A stretch of 64,000 bases of DNA. Origin: Hydrolagus colliei (Eukaryota). Below are positions 12,745 to 24,538 of the stretch, piece by piece; positions within the stretch are counted from its first letter, which is position 1, and each line of letters opens with the position of its first letter. The notes under the pieces were generated by a model. That model saw only the letters and a program-made list of their open reading frames with translations. It was not told the origin of the DNA and ran no database searches. A program made the position numbers and the translations under genes. The stretch spans positions 3,534,001-3,598,000 of the forward strand of contig CM068757.1 of assembly GCA_035084275.1 (NCBI GenBank). Reading direction: 5' to 3'.

Positions 12745-12886
12745 AACAAAACGCAAAATACTGCAGATGCTGGAAGTCTAAAACAAAAACAGAAATCGTT
12801 GGGAATACTCAGCGGGTCAGGCAGCATCTCTGGAGAAAGGAAAGTGAGTCAACGTTTTGGGTCCACGACCCTTCATCGGAACTGGG
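12745..12886 (-). mobile_element. Penelope-like element terminal fragment with degenerate hammerhead motif
   Basis: ctgcagatgctggaa...atactcagcgggtcaggcagcatctctggaga...aacgttttgggtccacgacccttcatcggaactg resembles the widespread chondrichthyan PLE terminal repeat. Confidence 0.7.
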
Positions 12887-13330
12887 GCTTTAAAGATTAT
12901 TTCTGCTCATTTTGTTAACCTGGCATCTCAAATCCTCTCAAGCTTCCTTTCTGCTTTATAATAAGTACCTATGGTGCAATAGTTATGAATAGAGCAATAC
13001 TAGTTGTGGCCGTTGGTGGAATTGGATGGTAAGAGTTTTCTGTTTATCTCTGACAAAGGCTGACACAGGAGACAAATAAGTAAATGAGGGAGTGAGTAGA
13101 ATCATGGGCAAACTGCTTTCGGCATTCAGCAAATAATTCATAAGTCCGCAGTAAACCGCAACAAAGCGATAAACGTAGAGATTAATTAATAAATAACTTT
13201 GATTCTAACTTCTAGTTCCTAAGCACGTCATCAAAATGACTCAGAGATCTTTGCAGCATTTCCAGACTTTTCATTTTGTAGTTGCACCAGAACCAATTTG
13301 CTATGAACTGAGAGATCAATTGTATCAGGG

Positions 13331-13592
13331 GGATTGTTGGCAAGGACACAGGGAGAAGCTCCTATCCTTTTTCAAACAGTGTCATCGGAACTTTTAACGT
13401 CTACCTGAATGAGATGGGACGAGCATTCAATGCCTCATCCGAAAGATGGCACCTCCAACCATGCGCCTCATCCCCAACACTGTGTCAGTCGTGACCTCAG
13501 ACTATGTGAGCTCAAAGTCTTGACGTGGGACTTGGATGCAGAACCATCTGACTCAGAGCCAAGGGTGCTACCAACTGAGCTGGGCTGACATC
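13331..13592 (-). mobile_element. DeuSINE-like head plus Deu domain
   Basis: ttttaacgtctacctg...tcatccgaaagatggcacctcc...gtgggacttg...ctgactcagag...gtgctaccaactgagc. Confidence 0.75.
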
Positions 13593-13871
13593 ATGTACCG
13601 TTATTGTATCGCTCAACACCACCATCTCATTACAGACTGGCCAAGGTTGGTGCGTCTGTGTGAGAAAGAGATTGATACTGTGTTATTTTGGTTCAGGGCA
13701 TTCTGATGCATCTTATCGCTGTACAGTAGTTAGGTTTACCAGCTCGGTAGTAGAACATGGAGATATTGTGCTCACAAGCAAAGATTGAAAACTAGACTAA
13801 AGGCCAGGAAATGCTTAAAACTTCCCCTACGATCAGAACACTGTCACAACCAGGATGATCAGAAAAGTAAG

Positions 13872-13990
13872 TAATAATAATGATAATCCTTGCATTTGAC
13901 ATAGCGCTTTATCAAATCTCTGAGACATCTCAAAGCACTTCACAGAAGATACTGTAAAGTGAATTGACAATATTATGTGGGCAAACTAGC
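13872..13990 (-). mobile_element. SINE 3' fragment
   Basis: taataat...ccttgcatttgacatagcgc...ctgtaaagtgaattgac. Confidence 0.85.
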
Positions 13991-14240
13991 AGTGGGAATG
14001 AGCATAAAGTAACAAAAAGGAGTTGAAGATCTATGGTGTCGAATAGAAGATACTGGGTTCAAAGTGCGTGATTTGCTTTCAATATTTCACGGGGTTTCAC
14101 ATTCAAAAATTCTCAATGCTTTGTTTTTATATCACGGGCATCTCTGCTCATGTGTTGGGAGTCTATGAAGTGCAAATGGAGATCAGGGAAAGCATTTGCC
14201 TACAAGACCAAGAATACAGTACAGTGATTCAGTAATGTTT

Positions 14241-14259
14241 AGTCACTAGATGGCAGTAT
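14241..14259 (+). promoter_or_regulatory. Candidate CTCF motif
   Basis: gtcactagatggcagt versus consensus CCACYAGRKGGCRS; motif match only, binding not shown. Confidence 0.5.
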
Positions 14260-14721
14260 AACTCAGGCAACAAGATGAGAGACAGCTCAATTAGCAGTAA
14301 AGTCAGGTCAAATGTATAGCATTCATTAGAAACTGCCACAATAATGCGGGGGGGCTGCGTGGGGGGGTGGAAGTGATTCCATTCTCCCTTCTATGAAGAT
14401 TATGAATGCAAAACAATTCATACCTAAATGATTAATCAACAGTGACTTTCACATAAGAATGGTGAGAAATGATTGATAGAATCAAAGCACTTACTCAGAT
14501 CTTTAGCAAGGTTAACACTGGTAAAAAGTCAGCATTCCAAAGGGATGGGGAACAGAACACACTGCACATGACCGATGACAGCACAAAAACAACATTTATA
14601 GCGGGTGTTTCTAGAAATCAAAGATTAGTAAACGAGTGTTAGTCATACGCAGTTAAATCAGGGGAAAATCTGAATTGTAACCTTTTTCAGCATTATTTAG
14701 TTTTGCTCAAGTGACTATTAT

Positions 14722-14830
14722 TCATACAGTCAAATTTGCTTTACAGGGTATTCTGTGAAGCTCTTTGAGACGTCGATAAGATGTGAAAGGCGCTATATCA
14801 AATGCAAGGATGATTATTATTATTATTATA
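14722..14830 (+). mobile_element. SINE 3' fragment
   Basis: catacagtcaa...ttctgtgaagctctttgagacgtc...gcgctatatcaaatgcaagg (tta)n. Confidence 0.85.
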
Positions 14831-15654
14831 CGTGAGCTTTGACAGTGAACGCTGACAAGGATTATAATCAAGCCCGATGTTGTTGCTACCTGACATTCAC
14901 ATGCTTATTTACACCAGAGATTGTTGGATAAAGCCCAGAAATTCTGTCCAGTATTGTCTTTATTACTGCCTTTTTTCATTAAAACTTAACCTAAACTCTC
15001 ATTGGAAAAAGAAACAAACAACTATTTGAACTTTGCAAATAAATCATCATTGCCCACTAAAATTTTAGTGCATTCAGCAATCAGTGATATTGCTTTTCAG
15101 TGGAAGAAACAGTGGCTGAAGAGATAAGCATATGATTTGCTAAGCTTTAACAAAACAAAAGCAATAAAGTGGCCTCGGAAATACCTCTTCAATGTGTCTC
15201 ACAGGACAGGGTGTGTCAGCCACTAGCATAGGAGAGACAACTATGATTCTCAAGATTGCCAGCCATGTACTGAATTAAGATATGCTGAGGACACTGCTAA
15301 ATAAATCATTTGGGAAATTGCCAACCCAAGGATCCGTACATCCTATCCCTAGTCTTGCCAAATAGGTTCTGGTGTTGGCTTGGTGGGCAGGATTGTTTCC
15401 TGGTTCCAAGGCAAATGCTTCAGGTGGTTCTGATGGGATGTGATGAGGTGATGAGGTGACCGAAGTGTCAAACTGTTGTACAGTTTGCATTGAGTGACAC
15501 CTACTTTGTATCCAGATCTTGTGATTGATGCTGCAGGTATCTCTGAACCTAATCTAGAGGATGCAATGCTTTGGTAATTTGGGCTGAATTAAGACTTGAC
15601 TAGGGCACCTATGTATTGAATGTTCCTGGGAACCTTTATATCTAAAAGAGTGAC

Positions 15655-15717
15655 CAGCCCCTTGGGACATACTCCCGACGTGAAAGCACTATACAAATGT
15701 AATTTTGTTGTTGTTGT
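15655..15717 (+). mobile_element. Short L2 3' end
   Basis: cagccccttgggacatactcccgacgtgaaaagcactatacaaatgtaattttgttgttg. Confidence 0.85.
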
Positions 15718-16589
15718 AAGCCAGCCTGGGAGTCGAAGAATGCTTCCATAGTGAAGTGAGGTCTCCCTATAACCTGGTCAAATTAGGTTTTGACATCCTT
15801 GTAGTCAGGAGAACCTTCCAGCACATGAGTCAATTGAACCAGTCCTTATGCTTAGTCTGAAGCAGGCTTCACACTTCAAAAGGCCATGGGATAATCGAAG
15901 ACAGTACAAACAGGTGTGATGTGAGTCAGTAACAGTGAAGAATCTATGACATTTAACGCAGATTTTCAAACTAGGAGCTGGCTGGAAGCTGAGAAGTCAA
16001 AGGAGACATTCAACTTTAATTCTACTTTTGTCCTCACTAATCCAGTGTTTTCTGTCATTTATATTGTTTTTTTCCAAAAACTAGCTTTAAAGTACTTTCC
16101 TTCCTTTGTTTCTCCTCTTATTTGATTGTTTATTTGGGGGATGGAGCAACTTTGAGAGAGAAAAAGAAATGGTTTAAATTTTTCAAAAACAGTCTCTAAT
16201 TGTCACTTTCCTGGGCAATCAAATACCAGAATAGATTCAAGCAACTTCCAAGTCTAACACATGGATTTTATTGTAATCATACAATGCCAAAGATCAATAT
16301 GGATATCAATAAATTAGGAATATTACCTCATTGTGATTTATACCTTGTGTTTAAATATTTTAATCGCAAATACACTCCATGGATAGCATAGAACTTAGCA
16401 AGGGGAAGGCTAAAGAGACCTAGTTGCTTTGTTGATTCATTGCTAACTATTGTATGTCCAAACAGATTTAGTCAGAAATAAGTAAGGTGTATACAGTGCA
16501 TAGCCACGTAGCTAAGTTAGCTGAGCTTAGAAGCTGTATAGTGTAATTGTTAGGCAGCACTATGAATACTTACAATCTAGGTTGCTGGA

Positions 16590-16875
16590 ACACAAGGGGG
16601 TCATCCAAGCACTACAGGAAATATATAGGACAGCAGGGAGGAGATCCTAAACATGATCAGGAAGAGTTTGGAGAACAGGCAGATAAACTAGGGTGTCTCA
16701 GCCTCAAAAAGGATGGAAGTCAGAAGGGCCCTGATAGAGATATTTAAGATATTTAACAGAGCAGAGAAAGCAAACCTGGAGTAATACTTTCCAAATTGTC
16801 AAAGCAGCAGAACACGATTACATAGGTTTAAGGTGTGAGAGGCAAATATAGTATAGGGACAAGGAAGCATTTCCG
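16590..16875 (+). mobile_element. Decayed CR1 ORF2 C-terminal fragment
   Basis: Remnants of KLGxFSL..RGDLIExFKI..RTRGHxFK motifs (aaactagggtgtctcagcctc; ctgatagagatatttaagata; agaacacgattacataggtttaag). Confidence 0.65.
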
Positions 16876-18382
16876 AATTAATAAGGCAAGTTGGCCTCCA
16901 CCAATAATTCCCAATAAAAAGTTTCATCATTGAACATTTATTACCAAAATACCAATATCACTTTGAGATTTCAGTCACTGTGTTCAGTTGTTTCCATTTA
17001 TCTATTGAGTCATAAAGAATACGTGCTTTATTGCTAAAAGTGGCATTCAATGGATTTATTCGCTTCATCTCCAACACAGAAGCTAACCACTTACTCAAGT
17101 TGTTGCCCTAGGGTTTCCTATACACCTATAATACATTTGTTTTCCACTAATAATTATGCATTTGCTTTTTTAAAGCAAAGGTGCACCTATCTTTCAGTAT
17201 CTTTCTCATATTTGTAGATTGGTGTAGATTGTGGATTGGTGCATTAATGACCATTGGGATAATTGCTATGTGTACATGATTAACATAATGTTTCATTTAA
17301 ATAATTTGTGTGCAAAAAAACTGGATGCTCTGGCGATTAAGATATCCAGTCAATATTCAGGCATCTTTCATGAAACCTGCAGGTATTTAATTGCTGTGTG
17401 GAAGTCACAGTACAACTGAGAAATTGCAGAGATCACGAAGTGTAAGACTGTAGCATGAATCAGTCCAATATAGATTTACGGCAAAATGGGAAGCAAGACG
17501 TCAGCGATACAAGACAGGGAATTAAGGGCAAATTAAGATACTCTCAGGAGATCATGGTCAAGGCCTTATCAATTTACCAAGGCAATCAAAAATGATCCTC
17601 AAGAGGGATAGGCTATGAATTTTTTTTCTATGTCCCCATCAAGTCCAATCATGTCAATTTTAGAAGGAAAATGACTCAGATCTCTGCTGAGATTATAGTG
17701 GTTGATCGAAATTTGTCCTGGGAATATAACGGCTGATTTACCCTCTGCGTATTCGCAACAAAATACTGTACGTTGTTTTAGTTTGACTTGCGTGAAACAC
17801 TTTGAGATGTTTCAACGTGATAAGGCGTAATGTCAAATGCCAATAATTTTTTAGTTTCGGACCCTATGTCTTACTGGAATCGACCTTAGAAAATATTTGT
17901 TTCAGAAGGTTATTAGACGAAGTTTCCACCATAATAGGAAAAGACAACAAACTAATGGCACATAGCTGCAAGGATCTAATCATTCCCACTCCACACTGCT
18001 TTGCAACTCAATAGGGCATACAACATACATCGCCCAGTATGAAATCATTAACTATCACACTATATTACAAAATGTCGCTTTTTAAAAGTTATGCAAATGG
18101 CGACTGGGATCTGTTGTATGCTATAGTGTTTATATTGTGGTCAAAGCTAATTTTCTTAACCAAAACACCTGCCTTTTGAGAAATCACCATTGAACAGGTG
18201 AGCTGCAGCTCTTGTAAAATAAAGAGTGGTTTTTTTTTAGGATTGAATTTAAAGATAAATAAATTGAAGTAGCTTATGATCCATTCACAGGAACACTTTA
18301 GAAAGGAACAAAAAGGGGGAAAAAGCCAGTAACAGCAGTGTTACCGGAAGTACTCATCAAAGACAGAGTACCAGAGTCTTTT

Positions 18383-18690
18383 ACAACAACAACAACAACA
18401 AAATTACATTTGTATAGCGCCTTTCACGTCAGGAGGACAACCCAAGGTGCTGGTCAGTTACTGCTTCAGATGCAAGCCGAGGACAGGGGGTGGTGGGGGG
18501 GTGGGGGTAGGAGTTGCCGATGGGTCCATTGAAGAGGAGAGTCTTGAGGCGAGACTTGACGGAGGCCAGGGAGGGGTCGAGGCGGAGGGACTTCGGAATG
18601 GAGTTCCAGAGGTTGGGGGTAGAGTGACTGAAGGCTCGCCCGCCAATGGTTGGGCAGGTGGGTCGGGGGATGTGGAGCAGGCCAGAGTCT
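18383..18690 (-). mobile_element. L2 LINE 3' fragment including ORF2 C-terminus
   Basis: Minus strand translates DSGLLHIPRPTCPTIGGRAFSHSTPNLWNSIPKSLRLDPSLASVKSRLKTLLF; ends in stem-loop and (ttg)n. Confidence 0.9.
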
Positions 18691-18743
18691 GTGACACCAA
18701 CATTTTACAGTGACACCAACATTGTACAGTGACACCAACATTT
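18691..18743. repeat. 19-bp tandem repeat, ~2.8 copies
   Basis: gtgacaccaacattttaca gtgacaccaacattgtaca gtgacaccaacattt. Confidence 0.95.
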
Positions 18744-19029
18744 CTCGAATGCCGAGGGAAAGAGAAACTCCCTGCCCTCTTGAAATAAAATGCTCAAGAA
18801 TTCCTCAACAGCGTGACATGAGCAATGGCAGTCCATAATTATTCAAAATGTTTAATTGAACAACTTTTTAATTGAAGTAGTTTTGATTTATAGATGAGCA
18901 TCTTATTAAAATAATGCAATCAGATTGCCTACCGAGAGGACATCAATCAACGTCAAAGTCTCACAGTCAAAAGCTCTTTGTGGCAAAGGCCCAGTTATCT
19001 ACTGGGCCTTTGCAACTGTAAGAACACAA

Positions 19030-19300
19030 GGGATTGGGTGGTACAATGAGATACCGTATTACCTTTCACCTCTGAGGCTGGGATCTGAATCCTTCAGAGA
19101 ATGAATGTGCTGCACTCAATGACTGAAAGGGTGTCAATCCATTCCCTCAGGAATGCAAATTCAAAGCAAAACAAACTGACCATGATAATGGCATTCATTG
19201 ACGTTGAATTGGCACCGAGAAAGACAACAGAGTGACAGCAGCGGTAACTCATATCAATTCAGGAGGATTCTCCTGAGGTTAGACTTAAGGCATTGTTGGA
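19030..19300 (+). mobile_element. LF-SINE-like ancient SINE
   Basis: gggattgggtgg...cctttcacctctgaggctgggatctgaatcc head, later aattggcacc and tcctgaggttagacttaaggcattg, collinear with the recalled LF-SINE consensus. Confidence 0.5.
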
Positions 19301-20436
19301 ACGGAAGATGTCGGTTTCCTCTCCCTCTTGTTTCAGCCATACTTTAACATGAAAGTGTTTGAACAACTTGAAGAACTTGTAAAACTGCAGTCCCCTTCAT
19401 TAAAATCCCTTCAATTTGATAAATACAAATATTGCCTCCCCCAAAAAAGTCTGCACTTTAAAAACAAACATAAAACAAGAGTACAAATCCCACATATTAG
19501 TCAGAAATCTTCCCTTTATTCCTGTCATATTTTGATTTGTACTCAGGAAGTTCAATATTAAGCTTTAACTTCGTGAGAAAATGAAAAAATATATTTTCTG
19601 TGGGACTATAGGAATGATTACTGCAACTTTTTCATTATGGTGGAGTGATGGTGATTTGGTAACGATTTCTCCATTATTTTGTGCTATTTTGTTTTGCACA
19701 ATCATTAAAATGCATTATTATGTGTAATAAAATTGTGATTCACTAAATCTCGCAGTTTCTGCTGAACCATGAGAAGAAAATACTAGCCAGAGCAATGACG
19801 AGTCCAAAGAGCTATTCCCCTGATATTTAGTGAATTATTTTCGCGAATGTTTTTGATGAACAGTATCGTGGCTTCTGGCACTCTCGTCTCACAGGAAGAG
19901 AAGGTCTGGTCCTAAAATATAAGACACATCTCTATCTATTCCCTCGATATAATGAAGTAGTCTGGTAATGGCGTGGGATGACTGTGCTGCTAAAAATACA
20001 AACTTAACAGCGGTGACGGAGGAAACTTTTCTGTGGTGACTAAACGTCCATGAAATATATGCTATGTCAATATTACCGCGCAAAATCTTTCCCAAATTTT
20101 AATGAACCCCTAAAGCAACCAAATGCAATTTCTCAGTCCTGGAACAAATATAATTTATTAAACATTTTTTTCACCCCAATATAAAAAATATGTTTCTTTA
20201 TCCCTTCGGCTACAGGTCCTGCCTTTCCTCCAATGTCGTTGACGTAAGTATAGATTAATGCCGTTGTTAAAGATACCGAACCGGGCTCAACGTTCCTGAT
20301 GATACTTCACATTCTTTCTTTCTTCCCTATGTTGTGGGACCCGGTGAGTATGTGCTAGTTGGGTCTGAAGTATTGCAAACTTTCTGGTTTTTATGCCAAG
20401 GTGCACAATCATTTTATGCAGCTTTAAAATCATTTT

Positions 20437-20605
20437 ATAATAATAATAATCTTTGCATTTGATATAGCGCTTTTCACATCTTATTGAGGTCTCAAAGCGC
20501 TTCACAGAATATACTGTAAAGTGAATTGACCATATATTTGTGGGCGAAACGCGCCAGCCAATTGTGCACAGCAGTGTCGAACAGTCATGGATTGAAATGA
20601 CCAAT
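20437..20605 (-). mobile_element. SINE 3' half
   Basis: (taa)n, tgcatttgatatagcgc...cagccaattg-like...gtcatggattgaaatgaccaat. Confidence 0.9.
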
Positions 20606-21269
20606 TTTTATTATTACTTATTGGCTACATGAATGGTTTCATTAATGTCTGGTAAACTATATTTATTAGCTCAGGCCTTGAAATAGATCTGTGATAATGA
20701 TTGATTTAGGACTGGTTGCTTTGATTTGTTTTCAATGAACATGTTAAGACTGTCTCCATCAACATTTTAAAAATAAGGCGACTTCAGATCAATTAACCAC
20801 ATTTTACGAATGTTGTGAGACAGATGCTGCTGATCTGGAAACTGGGTTAGAGTTCTTCTGACAGTGTTTAAATTACAAGTAATTAAAGCTCTATGAGTCC
20901 CTAAAGTGGAAAAGGTTGGAACATTATACTCACTTATATGCACCATTTGATTATCATTATTAATGATCAGAAGCTGCTGTTATTCATATAATTCCTACTC
21001 TCCATATCCTTTCTGGACTTTTATACAAAATGCTGAAATATTAGGTGGCTAAGTAATTTGTTAAAGGGTGTTAAGAATGTCAACTAAAGATGGAAAAATA
21101 TATTTTTTGGTTCCTGGTAAGAGCCTTGAAATCCTGAAAAGCACTTCATTTGACATATACATTTTGGGGGGGAAATTGAACAATTAATATTGTCGGAAAT
21201 AATATCCAATTGAGCTTACAAAACCATTGACGAACTCCCCACAAGGTGTTTGCAATCCTAAATGTCTCT

Positions 21270-21566
21270 ATAATAAATAATAAGAATCCTTGCATTTGAT
21301 ATAGTGCTTTTCACGTAGTCTAAACGTTTCCTAGCGTTTCACAGAATGTACTGTAAAATGAATTGATTATATTTTGGGGGTGAAACACGGCAGTCAGTTG
21401 CACAAGGCAGCATCCCACAAAATGTCATGGATTGAGTGACCAAATTATTATAGATTTTTTCTTCTTGAGGGATAATTATCAGGCATGTGGAGTAAGGAAA
21501 CTTGACCATGGTTTAACCCGGCCGGGAATCAAACCCAATGCTCTGTCCACTGAACGACTGGACTCA
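21270..21566 (-). mobile_element. Near full-length tRNA SINE
   Basis: Tail at 21270, body, head remnant gggaatcaaaccc...ccactgaacgactggac. Confidence 0.85.
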
Positions 21567-21745
21567 TGACTTGACCTTGACTCAAATTCTTTTCAAGCTG
21601 AGTTTCATTGAATCATTTATCTTGACTAGGATCATCGTCTCTCATCGTTTGATCATGAGATCAAATGCATTTGGTAAATACTCACATATTGAACGTGTAC
21701 ATTTTAGAAGTTGAGTTAGGTTTTCTTTGATCCACATTTTCCTTA

Positions 21746-21900
21746 AACAACAACAACAGCAAAATTACACTTACATTTCACCAATAGAATGCACAGTCAC
21801 TGCACTTTGCGGTATAACCTGTGAAGCGCTTTGAGGCGTCTTCCTGACATGAAAGGCACTGTATCAAATGTAAGGATTATTTTTCATTAATTACTATTAT
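21746..21900. mobile_element. L2 tail (-) abutting SINE 3' fragment (+)
   Basis: caacaacagcaaaattacac followed by cagtcactgcacttt...gtgaagcgctttgaggcgtc...atcaaatgtaaggattatt. Confidence 0.7.
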
Positions 21901-22642
21901 GTACAATAGGATAACAGTAATTTCTACTTTTTTTCAGAAAGTCTTTTGCTTCAAGTAGTTATAAACAGGAAACCTAAGGAAGAAACAAATATCGTTGACT
22001 TACATCAAATTCTCGTGACCTGTGGGATGGAGATTAATGAGGAATGTGAGTTGTTCACCAATGAAACATAGCCAGATTTTTACCTGGTGAATCCACTCAC
22101 AAGCCTGATTAGCAATTGTCCCCATTTCAATGTCATCATTATAATCTTTCAGGTTGTTTGGTAAAATATATTTTGAATGCTTTGCTGACAAATGTTATAT
22201 TCTTTCTATTGTTGAATCATATGTGCTACTCATTGTTAATCAGTTATAGAGCCATTGAACTGCGATAATATGTCAGGCAATATTTTATTATGATCATTTG
22301 GCTACAATGGAGCTTCACTAACTGTTATTTCTGTCCACATTTCTGTGGCATCTTTCCATAAATTATTAAATCAAATTACAGTACTTCAATTGCGTACGCT
22401 ACTCACAGTGATTCATATTTTATTGGTCAGGATGTGATATTGTGTTGACCATCCCATCTGTTTCTGGATCAGAATGTCTGTCGTTGTGATATATACACAA
22501 TGACAAATATGACTAATATTGTTCTTAGCATCAGCAAACAGAATTTTAAATTTCACGTTGAAAGCCCAGCTATTTAGATTAAAGTTTAATTTGCCCTTTT
22601 CTCTCTGAGCTCTTTAATGGACCAGAGATTTACAGCCAAATT

Positions 22643-23080
22643 AATAATAATAATAATCCTTCCATGTGATTTAGCACCTTTGAGATGCCTTAAAGTGCTT
22701 CACAGAATATACTATCAAGTGAACTGAGCGTACATTTCGTGGGCGAAAATGCCTCAATAGCTTTTGCCACTATGGATGTTGAATGTCCGTCAGCATTACA
22801 CAACAACCAGAATACAATGAACATTTATTCAATGCCTTTCACATCAGGGGATGGTTTCAAATACATATTGAAGTGATCGTTCTTAAGGCAAGCTGTAAAA
22901 GTAGAAATAAAGGGGGGAAAGGGGAGAATTTGATGGGGAAGGGATGGGGTAGACCATTGCTTTCTGAGTGGAGGGAGCAGCTTTGTGGGAAGTGGGGTTG
23001 CCGGGTTAGGGTAGGGTGGGGTGGGGACTGGAGGAATCTGAATTTGAGAACCGAGACCTTGAATTTGATCCACTGAGTAA
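22643..23080 (-). mobile_element. SINE 3' fragment (22643-22750) and L2 3' fragment (~22800-23080)
   Basis: SINE tail motif; gcctttcacatcagg followed by G-rich L2 sequence. Confidence 0.65.
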
Positions 23081-24259
23081 ATGGGAACTGAGCAAGTCAT
23101 ACTATTGACCAGGACATTTTTCCAGCCACTTGTAAGCAGAGCTATGTTTGAAAAATAAAAGATATATCAGAAATTTCAGAGCACTAAGCAACATCATAGG
23201 AATATCGTCAAGTGCCTTTAAAGTCACTTCTTTATGTCATTCTTTTTCTTAACTAAAGTTCCCAGTCTTTAGCTAAACATATTTTCGCGTGTGTGGATAT
23301 GGCTTGTGTTATTGATTTACCAGTTAATGAATTATTGATGTGCCCTACGGTGTCCTTTTGGTATTCACACGTATTGTTAGTACATATGTGCATCAGCCAA
23401 CCATGACCGTCATGTAAATGGGTTAGGAACGAGCCAGCAACACATGGTAGCAATGCACATGCCACAGTAAGAGAACAGAGTCAATGCTGGAATTCTTTCC
23501 ATACAGAAAGAGATAGAATAAGGAACGACAGACACTCAATTATCCACCCAACATCTGTACTTCATTGTCCCACTTCCAATCCAGACACCATTCCAGCCGT
23601 GTCACCATGTGTGGACAGAACAGAGAACACAATCATTCAGCCAACGTAGTGACATAAATGCCAATGTCAACACAGAAATGTGCAGACACAGAGAGAATGT
23701 GTTTCTTATTTCACGTATGATTTTGCTAATACATCATCTGCTCGTCCGTTAGTCAGGCACAAAGCTAAATATCTTTTAATGTTGTTTCCCAGAGGGCTAC
23801 AGATGCGGTCTGCTGCTGCTAGACAGGAGCAGGGTCTCAGGTTGTGGGAAATACGATTCACCCACGTTTCCATATTGTCCAGCTGCATCCGGGTATTGAT
23901 CTGCTCGTCCCAAAACCCCGCGGACTCAGACGTCAAAGCCACGGAGAGGGGAAGGGTTCTTCAGCATCTCCCGGAAAGTGAGGACATCCTTAGAAGCAAA
24001 ACTGAAAGCAGATATTTCCCAGGCATTAGTAGCGAAGTAATTGAAATTTACAATGCAGATTATAAAGCAGCAATCGTTTTTAAACTTAAATGCTCTGATT
24101 TTGATATTATAACTACACAACTTCAGATGGTGAAGCCTTCATGCCTCTCATCTTAAGTGAACGTTTTTCCAAAGTAACATCTGTTTACACACAGGAATTC
24201 TCCGCTTAGGTGTTGGGAGTGCAGTGAGAGCAGCACCAACAACTTACATTGATCGAGCA

Positions 24260-24538
24260 TCCTGTACCTCAGTGGTTAGAGCATTCGCCTCACAAGCGAG
24301 AGACCTTGGGCGAAATCTTAGGCACATTTCTTTACTCCACACTCCTAATAATACTGCCTCAAAAAAAAATTGGTCACTCAATCCATGACTGTTTGTGGGG
24401 CACTGCTGTGTGCAATTGGCTGCCTTGTTTTGCCCACAAATATACAGTCGATTCACTTTACAGTATATTCCATGAAGCTCTTTGAGACGTCTAGAAGACA
24501 TGAAAAGAGCAATATCAAATGCAAGGATTATTATTATA
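24260..24538 (+). mobile_element. tRNA SINE with deleted B-box region
   Basis: cctgtacctcagtggttagagcattcgcctcacaagcgagagacc head, body and tta tail. Confidence 0.9.

Noticed and set aside
18691-18743. Regularly spaced direct repeats, CRISPR-like at a glance
   Set aside because: Simple tandem units without unique spacers, in eukaryotic DNA with no cas genes
23680-24156. 158-aa plus-strand ORF
   Set aside because: Non-ATG start, no recognisable domain, and antisense to the minus-strand exon candidate
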